From contig JBEWZL010000098.1 in the NCBI GenBank assembly GCA_045837725.1, positions 62,001 to 126,000 on the forward strand: 64,000 nucleotides of DNA, in the 5' to 3' direction. The notes under the pieces are model-generated. The model saw only the letters and a program-made list of their open reading frames with translations. It made no database searches and was not told the DNA's origin. Position numbers and translations under genes: made by a program. Below are positions 1 through 12,087 of the stretch, one piece after another. Every line of letters begins with the position of its first letter. Positions within the stretch are counted from its first letter, which is position 1. Source of the stretch: Vermamoeba vermiformis (lineage: Eukaryota).

Positions 1-802
1 TCTCGTACCAATGAAATACTCGAACCAGTACTCGCGCTTAACAGCATCAACGAAGGTCTCTAAGGTATCTTTATCGAGCTTAAGACTGCACCATTGTTTG
101 CTCTCTTGGTCTCCTATAATTGCAACAAATGCGAGTTAATACAAGATCTGCCAGTACATTACAACAAGGCCAACGCTAATTTCATATTTTTGCGTAAATC
201 TTGTCATAATATAGCTCGTAGAGTATAATACAGTATTTTACGATGATTGAAGTAATTCTCTCGTTACGTACTTTTGAAGGCAAGCTTAAAAGGTCCAGAA
301 ACTAATTCATAGCCAATTAACGCTTCACCAAGGCCCTCACTGCGCTCTTTGACCTCATTAGGCTTGCAGAATGGCAAAGAATAATATTCGTATTTTTCCT
401 GCGTAAATTCAAGTCAAAACTCGGCTGACGTTGACAGATCGATATGAAACAAAAATAATATCAAATAATTGTAAAATACAATAAATAATGTTCATATTTA
501 TACGCATTAATCGTAACTTACTTGAGGGTTGTGATAGGGACCAATTTTATTTACCCACAACACGAGATCTTCGTCCTCTTTATACTAAACCGATAACAAA
601 AATTAGCACAATATATTCTACATCTTATTCTCGATAATCAATAATTTTAATATCGAAATGGAGCAGATTTGATATTTTTGAATTATTACAATTTCACTTG
701 TTTGCATACCTTATGCGTTCTTTCATCGGCCAGAGCTCCAATAAGCAACGACAATAGGCAATTCGTTGCTAATATTAATATACAAAGTTGTCTGAGCCTC
801 AT
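1..802 (-). CDS. TM9/nonaspanin (TM9SF1/3-type, EMP70 family), 5' part; runs off the left edge
   Basis: Spliced exons read MRLRQLCILILATNCLLSLLIGALADERTHK | YKEDEDLVLWVNKIGPYHNPQ | EKYEYYSLPFCKPNEVKERSEGLGEALIGYEL... | ...WCSLKLDKDTLETFVDAVKREYWFEYFI. These are typical TM9 luminal motifs, with GT-AG introns. Confidence 0.9.
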
Positions 803-1053
803 AGTTGTCGACAAACGGAAAAATTACAAATAATCGTTTGATTTCTTGCTTTGCTCGTACGAGCCAGATCCACTTAGTTCAATAGTTCACTGCAACAAAC
901 AAGCTTACATAAAACAATATCCTAATATCATATAAAATATATCTCGAGTTGAAGGCCACGCGATCTAGATTTACCAGATTGTAACGAGCGCGAACCCGAG
1001 CAAATATTACAGAAGAATTATTTGAACCGTGGCTTTATTTTTTAATAACATAT

Positions 1054-2039
1054 TTAAGCGTCCAAGCGGCCCTTGTTGGCAACAACCTTGACGTAAGAAC
1101 CGTCAGGGACGATCTTGCCTTGAGATTTAAGTTCGAGGTACTCCTTGGGAGTGTACTTGGTGAAACCCCACTTTCTGGAGACAACAATGCGTTGTTGACC
1201 AGGGAACTTGAACTTGGAGCGGCGAAGAGCCTCCATAGCGGCAGGGACGGCCTTTTCAGTGCAACGGACGGAGATCAAGATTTGACCGATGTTAACACGG
1301 GCGCTGACACCAGTGGGCTTACCGAAGGCACCGCGCATACCGGTTTGCAATCTATATAATACAAATAATGAGTCACGCTGAATCCTTTCCTCGACAAATC
1401 CGCAAAAATAGCGCATCCACAAATACTCGACTCAATTACGTCTTGTAAATGCCAACTTTCGTCAAATCCCATTCTCCAATTATTGCTAATTAAATACGCG
1501 TAATTGTAAGAATAATTACCTATCAGCACCGGCGCACGAAAGCATCTTGTTGATGCGGAGAACGTGGAAGGGGTGAACACGAATACGGCAGTGGAAAGAA
1601 TCCTTTTGGCCAACCTTGGTCATGTACTTGTTGACGCAAACACGGGCGGCTTCAAGAGCTTCAGAGGAGAGCTGCAGAAAAACGAATCGGTGAATAAATT
1701 ATTCATAACGCCATAAATTCATTTTAATAATCGTATTTGCCTAAAATTATTATTGCTCGTGCATCGCACGAATATATATTAAAATAATAATTATTTTCTG
1801 TAATATTATAAAAAAGGAAAATCATGAGAAAATAAATTAACAATAATCGATCCAATAATTACCTGTTCGCGTTCCAAAGAAATCATGTGAACACATTGAG
1901 GGAACTCATCAACTGTGGCCTTCTTCTTGCCCAAATCGAAGATTCTAATACGAGAATCAGGGACACCACGGTTGTAGCGGGATTTGGGGTAAGGCTTGCC
2001 CCAGCAGTATCGGTAGCAGCGACCTGGACGTCGACCCAT
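1054..2039 (-). CDS. RPL10: 60S ribosomal protein L10 (uL16), 3 exons
   Basis: [54 protein letters not shown]...[28 protein letters not shown]...[19 protein letters not shown]. Introns at about 1352-1519 and 1674-1862. Confidence 0.98.
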
Positions 2040-2450
2040 TGTTATAGATTATTTAATGTGTTGTTAGAACGATTCGAAGGACGAATAAAAGAACTTTTTG
2101 GTTTTGTGCAGGATAGAAGGTTGGAGAACATTCGGTAAAAATTTCGGCCCAAAACATTTTCCGAAGAAAAACTGCCCAAAATCAGCGAAGTACAAATACT
2201 CGAAAATCCGAATTTGCCGCTTTCTCGTGAAAGGAAGGTTCGAAAGACAGGGTCGGGTGGCCTTGTTCTACCGTATTTCCCAACTTACGATTGTTCGATG
2301 AAATTTGGTGTTCAATCCGGATGGTTCGCTCTCCGCCACTGCTAGCCTGGTTGCAATAATTACAACACATGCGTAATTTAATATTAACAAAATTTATTAC
2401 ATTCTGAACTAGCCGCTACAACTATTTCTATTTCTAGTACAGTGGTACAT

Positions 2451-5400
2451 CTAATTATTCGGTTGGTAAACAGGGTTTTCGCCACCAACAACATTCGATT
2501 GATAAATAGGATTGACGCCACCAGTAGTCAAAGGTTCGGACAATTGTTCGAAGAAGGCGTCGGTCTGACCAGCGAGCTTGTCGCGAACCAAGAAGATCAC
2601 GAGCGCGACGGCGCCGACGGCACCAGCGACGGAGACAGAAACAGCAATGGTCAAAGTGTTGTCAGTTCCGGGAGTGTCGATTAAACCAGTGTCTTCACCA
2701 ATATTAACAACGATCAACTTGGTGTCGTTCAAAGGTCGATCCCACTTGTCCGTGTGACCTTGGTCATCAGCGAAGACAGTGATCACGTGACGGTTATCGC
2801 CACCAGGGTAGAACACGATAGTCTTGAACCAGAGCTCGTTGAGTCGTTCCAAAACATCACGGCACTCGACTGAGTAACCGTCCTCGCTCAAGGTGCAAGG
2901 AGCAGCGGGCGTCTCGCCGCGCTCGATGGCAATGGGTTTAACAATGGCGTCGGCGTCATTGCCTTCGAACTTGAAGGTACCGGTGTTGTCGTTGACGGTG
3001 AGCGTAACAATGACTGATTGCAAGCGAGTAACGTCGATGTCGCTGACTTCAAGAGCGCTCAAAGGAACTTTGAGACCCTCTGAACGAGTGACGGTGAACT
3101 CTTTGCCGGAGATGACTGGCGGATCGTTGATAGGCAAGACTTTGATGAGTGCAATCTCGGTTTGAGATCGGGCTTGGTAGTCGTCAGTAGCGTACATGTT
3201 GAGGCGAGCGAATGAGCGAGGGTCGTAGATGTTCGCATCAGGGACGAGCACGATCTTGAAAACTCCAGGAGTCACTGCAGGGATCACGCCAGGGAGGGTA
3301 AGCACGTCACCTCTGTCGCAACCCTCACCGTTGGGCACGCACATGTACATCTTGGAGACGGCGGGAATGTGCGAAGTAATGGTCGTAGACAAGCTCTCAA
3401 CAGGACTGTCAATATCGGTGACCTCCCAAGAGATGACTAACTCGGTATCCTCATCCATCTCGTTGGAACCAGGGAGAGGATTGAAGCGAGGAACAAGGAC
3501 TGGAGGGTCATTGACAGGACGGACGTTGATGGTCACAGTGTAGGTCGACGAGTTAGTGCCATCAGAAACTTGGAGAATGAAGTTGGCGTAGTTGTTGCCA
3601 GAGTCGTTGGGCAAAGGTGTGAAGATGACACGACCTTGTTCGTTGGTTTCTCTGGTGATGGTGAAAGGAACGTTGGCGGAGGTGATTGCAGTGTTGAGGC
3701 ATCCACCACTGCCGTCATCAGCACACTCGACCAAAGAGCCCTTGCCGACTGACTGAGTAACGATAACGGACAAAGTCTCGGCGGGAGAATCTATGTCGCT
3801 AACCAAGTCGAAGAGGGTCAATGAAGCTTGAGTGTCTTCGTCAATGGTGATCACAGTGGCGCCGTCGTATGTAGGAGGATCGTTGACGGGCAAGACGATG
3901 ACAACTACAGTGTGGATGGGAGAGGTAGCTCCCTTAGTGTCAATAACTTGGAATCTGAAGCTGACCAAAGGAACAGTCGAAGGGTTGCTGTAAGCGTTGG
4001 GAGCGGGCTCGAAGTAGACATTACGAGGGCCGTCAAGCATCGTGCCAGCAACGATCTTAGTAGTCTTGGAGCTGTCAGTGTAGAAGTGACCGCGATCATC
4101 GCTGTCGTCAACAAAGATCACAACAGCTTGCAGTTGGGCGAGGACGATAGCGTCTTCAGGGTCCTTGTCACGTGCAGCCAAGGAGAACGAAGTCGATTGA
4201 TCTTCATAGGTAACGATTCTCATGTCATCACTGTCTGGAGGCTCGTTGGGGTCTTCCAAGACCTTGAAGGTGATAAGTTGAGCGGGGCTGTCAGCGCAAC
4301 CATCGTTGACGATGACACTGACATTCACAGTGCCCTTGAAGAACATAGGATCGGGAGTGAAAGTGCCCTTGAAGTCAGTAGTGGGTGTGTTCAAAACGAT
4401 GGGGTTGCCCTTGCTATCGACGAAGTAGCTCAAAGCGTTCGAAGGAGTGACGCTTTGGTAGGTCAACGTCATCGAGTTGCGGTCAGAATCGTCAGCCAAG
4501 ATGGTGTAGGCAAGCGAGGTGTTGTAAGAAGTTACAAACGGCAAGCTTGACAAGACTACAGGAGCGTGATTAACGTAGATGTTGACACGAGCAGTGTAGA
4601 AGCCCCAGAACACAAGCTCGACGGTGAGAGGGAACACAACAGATTGGCTGATGGTGGTCGGGTATGCGAAGGTGACGTTTGTGAGCACACCGTATGGGCC
4701 AGGCAGAGCAACAGCGTTGTTGGTAGGAGGCAAGGCAACGACAAAGCCATTGCTGTCAAGCTCGGGCGTTACTTGGAGAGTGCGAGTGTACGCATCCATG
4801 GAGTCACGACCCTTGGTGGCAAAGGAGTAATCGTTGTTGATTCTGTTTACGAACGCCAAGCTCAACGAATTCTTCAAGCTAGTATAAGTGGCCTCGACAG
4901 CAGCAGTGGGCAAGAAGATGGGGATGATGCCAGCATTCTTCGAGTTCTGATCGAACGTGCTTGCACTCATCGCGCTTGTAGAGTAGTTGTTGTTGGTAAG
5001 GATGACGACTGCCTTGTACGCGTTGTTTCTCCAACCGACGTTGTTAGCAGCGAACAAAGTGCTGGCAGCGCCGAGGAGATTGCGGTCTGAAGTGCTAGTA
5101 GTGTCGCTAAAAGAGCCAACACTGTCTACGGCGCTCAACAAAGACGAGCTCGACGAGGTCAAGGAAGAACGCAAGCTGAAAGTACCATCACGGTTAAGAG
5201 TCGAGTAACCGACAAGACCTAACCAGCCCTTAGAGTAGAACAAGTCCAACAATCTGCCAGTCTCTGAGCGGATCGTGCTGTAGTCAGCAGAGCTCAAGCC
5301 TGCCATATCAACAAGGAGCATAAAGTCGACTTTAGGAGAAGAGGGAATGGTGACTACGAAGGGCACGTTGATTTTAGCATTAGCGCCGCCCTTAGTGTTC

Positions 5401-6778
5401 AAGTAGATGTTGTAGTCAGTAGGGTAGACTGGCAAGGGCGCAGGCAGCGAGGGGAATTGAGAAATGACGTTAGCGTTGGTGTTGGCGTCGCAGGGCACAC
5501 TTTCAGATCCGGTACAAGTCGGCAAACTTTGACCGCGGATTAAAATTCTGTTGGTGCAAGGAGTAGCGAAGCAAAGTTCTGATCCATTGAATGGCTTGAG
5601 GGCGTTCGTGGCGCATACACTCAAGTCGGAGGGCTTGTAGCCGGTTCCGCTAGCCAAGACAACGCAATCTGATCCAATTGTGGCGGCATTTTGTTGCAAA
5701 GCAGCTTTGACCTGAGCCGTATCCGGAGCGATCTCCCAACCAGCAGTGACGCGAATGTAACCTTGGCAAGCCAAAGAGTTACGAGCAGCCAGCAAGGCGT
5801 ATTGAGTACAGTTGAACTCCGTGTAGCTAATGATTTCAGAGTCTAATTAGATTACGCATTAGTTCCTTGTTTTATGTACCGGAATAAAAAACGTACCTTC
5901 GCAGACTTCAAGAGTACCGTTGGTGTATTCGGGAACATCGCCATTATAGGTTCCGTTGATTGTTACATAAAACATGACTACAAATTTGAAGTTAGATTTC
6001 TGAATCGGATTTCGAACATCGAGCGAACTTACCGTCGTTGTAGTCCGCATCTCCGAGATTGTCCAAATCTTCGAAGCCGATGAGGATGACGCCACCGGTT
6101 TTAACCCAGGCTGTGTGGCGGTAACGATCCGAATTATAAACTTGCGTATTATTAATGCTGTACCAGTATGAGCCTTGGTTGTTGTTAAATCCGTCAGCTT
6201 GGACCCAAAAACCAATAACGGTGTTGGGAGCAAAGGTACCAACAGTCACAGTTGTGCCTTGAGGCAAGCAAGTGTCGGTAACATCGGGGAAGATCTGAAT
6301 GCGCTGAGTAGCGTTGGGGAATCCATTGTTAAAAACGAAGTAGCCAAATCTATTGCGAAAACCAGCGCCTTCCCATACAAAAGTCACACTAACATCCGAC
6401 CGCTAAGAAAATTAGAAAATGTTTGTGAACTACCGAAATCTGGTTTCTTACCTGAAGTAACTGAAAGGATACGTCGCCGGCAGTAATAGAAGGATGCGGA
6501 TGTTGACGCTCAGGGAAAAGGTATTGAGCGTCTGAAACGATTTGTGGATTAACAGTTACCGTCGTAAGCCTGAAATTCGGACTTCCGGTTGGTGTGCCTA
6601 AAGACAAGTAAGTTATTATGACGAGCATTAAATACACGCGCCACAAGGAATATTGCGAAATATTGCGGATTCGTTTTCAGGTATGTGGGTACTTACTCGT
6701 GCCGTTACAGTAAGGCGCTTGCGCATCCACTGCCAAATAGAAAGACAGAACTACGACTAACAACAAGTTGAGGTTCAT
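2451..6778 (-). CDS. Integrin-beta/Sib-like type I membrane adhesion receptor, copy 1 (signal peptide, DUF4114-like, vWA/beta-I-like, cadherin-like repeats, TM, 2x NPxY)
   Basis: Signal MNLNLLLVVVLSFYLAVDAQ; IGFEDLDNLGDADYND; PKVDFMLLVD...VGWRNNAYKAVVILTN...GIIPIFL; repeats ending VNHAP/PNEPP/PVNDPP/PINDPP with DEDT; TM TLTIAVSVSVAGAVGAVALVIFLV; tail NPIY...NPVY. Confidence 0.8.
2511..2786. repeat. Segment highly similar at nucleotide level to about 7122-7398 (juxtamembrane/TM/tail of the two paralogs)
   Basis: Shared long identical runs such as ggcgtcggtctgaccagcgagcttgtcgcgaa, acagcaatggtcaaagtgttgtcagttccgggagt and caacttggtgtcgttcaaaggtc. Confidence 0.85.
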
Positions 6779-7062
6779 GTTGTCGTGTTTGCTTTGTTTG
6801 CGAATATGGTCCATGAGCCAAAAAATACTTTGTGATTTTCATTTCGATCACGTGTCGATGCCTATAAAAGGAGCGAACATTACAAAAATAGACAAACTAA
6901 AATTTATTCGTTGAAGTTAAAAAGTACTGAACGGATGCATTAGTACGTACCAAGCAAGAGACGCAGGAATATTTTGAAATGTTTTTATTTCATAAATTAA
7001 GTATTTGTTACAGGGGTTTTTGTGTTTTAGCTATCCACTAAATATTAGATACTACGCTTTTT

Positions 7063-10000
7063 TTAAACTCTAGGAACGTAAGTAGGGTTCTGTCCAGAGC
7101 TGCCAGCCTGTTGGTAGACAGGGTTGACACCACCAGTAGAGAGAGGCTCGGTCAAAGACTCGAAGTAGGCGTCGGTCTGACCAGCGAGCTTGTCGCGAAT
7201 CAAGAAGAGAACAAGAGCGACGGCACCGACGGCACCAGCGACGGAGACGGCAACAGCAATGGTCAAAGTGTTGTCAGTTCCGGGAGTATTGAGCAAACCG
7301 GTGTCTTCTCCGATCTGGACGGAGACCAACTTGGTGTCGTTCAAAGGTCTGTCCCACTTGTCAGTGTGACCAAGATCGTCAGCGAAGACAGTGATGACTT
7401 GAGAACCAGAAGTACCAGGGTAGTAGACGATGAGCTTGAACCACTTCTCGTTCAAAGAGGCCAAGTCGTCAGAGCAGACAACGCTGGTGTTAGCAGCGTT
7501 CAAAGTGCAAGGGTTAGTGCGCTCTTCGCGGCTGGTAAGCGAGTCAAAGCCGAAGACACCGACAGTGTTGTCCTGAACGGTGAAGGAGACGTTGACGTTC
7601 TTGCGACCGGCATCAATGTCAGAAACAGAGATGAAGCCCAAGGTGATTTGCATGTTGTCGGTGCGAGTCAAAGTTTGTTCGGTAGCAGCAATGACAGGAG
7701 GGTCGTTGATGGGCAAGACACGAACAGGGGCGTTGACAGGGAGTGAAGGAGCTTGGTAGTCGTCGTAGGCGGTGAGGCGGAGACGAAGGAAGGTGTTATC
7801 GTAAACGTTGGGGTTGGGGACGACGATAACAGACCAGATGCCAGGGGAAACACGAGGAATGAGACCGGATCCAGTGATCTCAGCACCGCGAGTGTAGCCG
7901 TCACCGTTAGGAACGTATTGGTACAACTTGCCAGCGAAAGTTTGAGGGAAGGCACGAGAGTCGACAGTCAAAGAGTCGAGAGGGCTGTCAATGTCGGTAA
8001 CGTTCCAGCTCAAGACGTGTTCAGTGTCTTCGTCCATCTCGTTCCAAATAGGAAGCAAGCTGAAGAAAGGAATGATGACTGGAGGATCGTTGACAGGGCG
8101 AACATTGATGGTGATGGTGAACACGGGTTGGTTATCTCCATCATCGGCAATCAAGTTGAACGAGGCGTAGTTGTTACCGTTCTCGTCAGGAAGAGGAATG
8201 AAGACGACACGACCGGAAGGATTGCCTTCAATGTCGAGGGTGTGAGGAACGGTGGTGATCTCCTGGAGGTCGCAGCCAGTTTCGGTACTGATGCACTCGT
8301 ACAAGTTGCCGCGTTGGACGTTCTTGCCAATAATGATCTTGATGTCAGAGAGATCAGTGTCGACGTCTTCAAGGTAATCACGAAGGCCGATTTCAGCGCG
8401 GGTGTCTTCGTCAATGGTAATGACAGCATCACCAGTGTAAACAGGAGGATCGTTCACAGGGGTAACGACGACGGAAACTACGTAGGGCGCTTGAGGATTG
8501 CTAGTCTCACCGACGGTATCAATAGCGATGAAAGTGAAGTAAGCAAGAGCAGTTGTGCCGACGCTAAAGGCGTTGGGAGGAGGAACATAGTAGATAGCGC
8601 CACGAGCAGCAGTGGTGTTCAAGAACAACGAGGGAGTCAGCTGGGTAGTCTTGGTGCTGTCAAGATAGAACGTGCCTTGGCCGGCAATGTTCACGATTTG
8701 AGCCTTGAGAGCAGACTCGGGATCTTCAATGTCACCCAACTTAGGGATAGGGACGTTGATGGGAGTATCCTCGAGAGTGGTGTATTGAATAGATTGAGAG
8801 TTAGGAGGTGTGTTGGGCTTCTGGAAGGCAGTGAAAGTGTAGGAGAAGGGAACAGAAGAGCAACCGTCAGAAACACTACCAGTGAGGGTGATATCTCCCT
8901 GATTCCAGCCGTTAGGAGCGAAGTAGCCGCCGAACTCGCTGTTAGTAACAGGCGTGGTCAAGGGAACCTTCTTGCTGTTTTGAATGACACCAGCAGTCTT
9001 AGCAGCAGCAGGGCTGATGTTAGAGTAGGTGATGGTCAAAACGTTGCCATCATCGTCAGCAGCGTTGATCTGGAAGGGCTTGGTCTCGTTCCAGTTAGCG
9101 CTAACAGCGAAAGGAGCGCGGATGACGGGATCAGTGTTGATGATCACGTTGACGGTGATGAGGTCGTAGCCCCACAAAACGATCTTAAGAGCGTAAGGGA
9201 AGGTAACGCCAGAAGTGCTGACGGTGGGGAAACGAACGGTGACTTGAGTGTCGTATCTGCCAGAAGCGGGGTTGACCTTGTCAGCAGGCAAAGTTTGAAC
9301 GAATCCACCAGACGAAGAAATATCGTTGATGGGAGTGAAGCGCAAAGTGTTGGCCAACTTGGAAGTAGAGGCAACAAGAGCGCCAGTCCAAACAGAGGAT
9401 TGAGACCAGTCACCAGAGAAGGCACGAGAGTCAGAGAAAGAGAAGCCAGAGAGGTCGTAAGAGCTCAAGTCAACAGCCAAGACGATAGGGGCAATCATCT
9501 TGTTGATGTGAGCAGTTTGGGCAGCAGCGAGGCCGTCACCGTTTTGAGCGCGAGTGGAGATAACAGCAATGAAGCGGTAAGCAGCACCCTTGGACCAACC
9601 AGCGGAGTTCGAGGTGGCAACGGTGGCCCAGTTAGACCAGATCTTGGAGTTGCCGTTTGTGTTACCGTTAGTGGTAATGGAAGAGCCGTAGCCAACCAAA
9701 GTGTCAACGTTGGGAGTAATAGCGCGGATGCTAGAGAGAACACCGTTGCTATCAATGACGGACAAACCAATGGAGGGGAGGAAGTTCTCGGCGGTCAAAA
9801 GGTTGTGGATGGTCTTAAGGCCGTTCTTGAAGTTGTCCAACTTGGCGGCAGTGACACCGTTGAGGTCGAGCAAAAGTTGGATTTCAACACGAGGTCTTTC
9901 GGGAACAGCGATGGCAAAGGCGAGGTCTTGCTTTGCGGCGGCGCCAGCCTTCTTGTTCAAGAAGAGACCGTAGTTGGTAGGGTTGATGGCAACACCTTCA

Positions 10001-11319
10001 GTATAAGTGGAGGGGAGCTTGTTGACAACGTTGGCATTGACGTTAGGGTTGCAAGCAGCGTTGGGGATACCAGTGCAACCGCTGACGGCTTGACCGATGA
10101 CCAACATGCTCATCTCGCAGCCGACAGTGTAGCAAGTCTGGCCGACGGTGAAGTTCTTGCCCTTGAGGGCACCAGTAGCGCAAAGGGTACCGTTGAAAAG
10201 GTAACCATTTCCGCTAGCAAGGACGATGCAACCAGCGTCAGTTCCGAAACTGGCAATGGCGGCCTTGGAGGCAGCATTGTCAGGAGCGAGTTGCCAGCCG
10301 TCGGAAACACTGATGTAAGCTTGGCAAGCCAAGGGGTTACGAGCAGTGAGCAAGGCGTATTGAGTGCAGTTGACTTCGTTGTACTCGACGATTTCAGAAG
10401 TCTCGCAAGTTTCAAGGGTACCGTTGTTGTAGGTAGGGATGTCATCAGAGTTGTAAGTACCGTTGATGGTCAAATAGAACATAACTAAAAGACGAGAGTT
10501 AGATAAAGCGGGATACAAAGTTGACACGTGTCATTTGTCTTTAAATCTTAAAATAGCGCACGTTGTATAAAAGATCCGGATCTTACCGTCGTTGTAGTCT
10601 GCATCTCCGAGGTTCCACAAATCTTCGAAGCCAATCAAAACGATGTCATTGAAGTCCTTGAGTTTAGCCCAAACGGTATGGCGGTAACCGTCAGGATTGT
10701 AGAGGGTGGTACCGTTCATTGAGAAGTAGGTGTTCTTGCCATCAGGGTTTGGGTAACCATCGGAGAGAATCCAGAAACCAACAATGTCACCAGCAGCGAA
10801 TTTGCGAGATACATTAACGGTAACACCGGTATCCATGCAACCTCCTTCGCTTGACCAAGTCACATCTTGGAAGATGGTGACCAAACCAGGGTTTTGCTTG
10901 TATGTTCTGGTGGCGGTATCATACAAAAAGTATCCAAAGACGTTGTGATAACCAGCACCTTCCCACATGAAGGTGATGGACATGCTACCGGCCTAGATGG
11001 TCGAACTGATTTAGCCAACGGATCGCAAATCCAATAAAGATTTGATTCAACTTACCGAAGTGAAACGGATGAAAATGTCTTGATCCTTGGTAGCGCTGAG
11101 CGGATGTTTGCCTTCAGGGAAGAGGCTCTGGGTGTCTGTTACAGCCGCAGGAGGGACGTAAAAATTGGTAACAACTCCTCCAGTAGGTTTTTCTATCCAT
11201 AAGTTAGTACAAATACATGATAAGATCAGGTATATATTGAACGTACGAGCATCAATGCAGCCAGCGAAGGCTTGCACGGCAAATAAGGCAACGACAGCAA
11301 TGACAAGACCCCAACGCAT
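7063..11319 (-). CDS. Integrin-beta/Sib-like type I membrane adhesion receptor, copy 2 (tandem paralog)
   Basis: Signal MRWGLVIAVVALFAVQAFA; IGFEDLWNLGDADYND; PRVEIQLLLD...AGWSKGAAYRFIAVIS; PVNDPP repeats; TM TLTIAVAVSVAGAVGAVALVLFLI; tail NPVY...NPTY. Colinear with copy 1. Confidence 0.8.
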
Positions 11320-12087
11320 TTTATCGTAGTTCTAAGACTTTAATTTAAAATGCTTGACTTGACGGAGGGGAATGTCCTTTCGCGTCTGTTATTCTGTTGT
11401 AAAAATTGTTTGGAATGTTGGTGTAAAACCAAAATCTTTTTTGTTTTCGCAAACTGTCAAGTTGTCAGAATCAACCAATCCTGGCGAGTTTCCCAGCAAC
11501 TTCGTGAACGTCAGTCGTCTTGTTTAGATAAAAAATATGCTTTCATTCGATTGAATTCAATTCCATGAGGTTTCTCTTTCGTCATGTTTTGTGGCAGAAC
11601 TGATCTTGGGATCGCCGTAACTTGATCGCATTTAAAGATACTCGAAGCACACTCCGATTACGTTGTTCACAAAATAGATGTTAATGAATGTCCGCAAGTA
11701 TGAGTACTGTCCGGTGGTAATGTATTGAAATCGATTAATACGTTGACAAAGTGATTTCTGATCTTGCTGACATTAAAAAAGTTTCGGTGGATGGAAGCCT
11801 TTTCTTTAACGAGAATGCATAACAGAGGATTGTTATATTGACCGAAGACCTTCGGAGGCATCAAGAAAGCGAGCACTAAGTTACTGAAACGTTTTCTGAT
11901 TTGTCCGCTAGCTTTCCTGAAGCATCCAAATCCGCGTCCCGTTGGGTGTGTACTTGTATATCATTTATACATTTGGACCTATTCAAACATATCTTTAGCT
12001 TGGACGGTTTAGAAAGTTCGTTATTTTTCTTCCTTTTATCGAAATGGAGTCTGAGTGAAAAGTAATCGATTGAATTGCTCGAACGAG

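Noticed and set aside
1352-1862. RPL10 introns as snoRNA hosts
   Set aside because: No C/D box pair or convincing H/ACA arrangement seen.
7753-10488. 911-aa ORF on the + strand antisense to receptor copy 2, plus similar shorter antisense ORFs over copy 1, ATP synthase gamma and the DUF1800 gene
   Set aside because: It is in codon register with the sense gene. It is explained by strong codon bias (avoidance of TTA/CTA/TCA removes antisense stops), and the product has no recognisable motifs.
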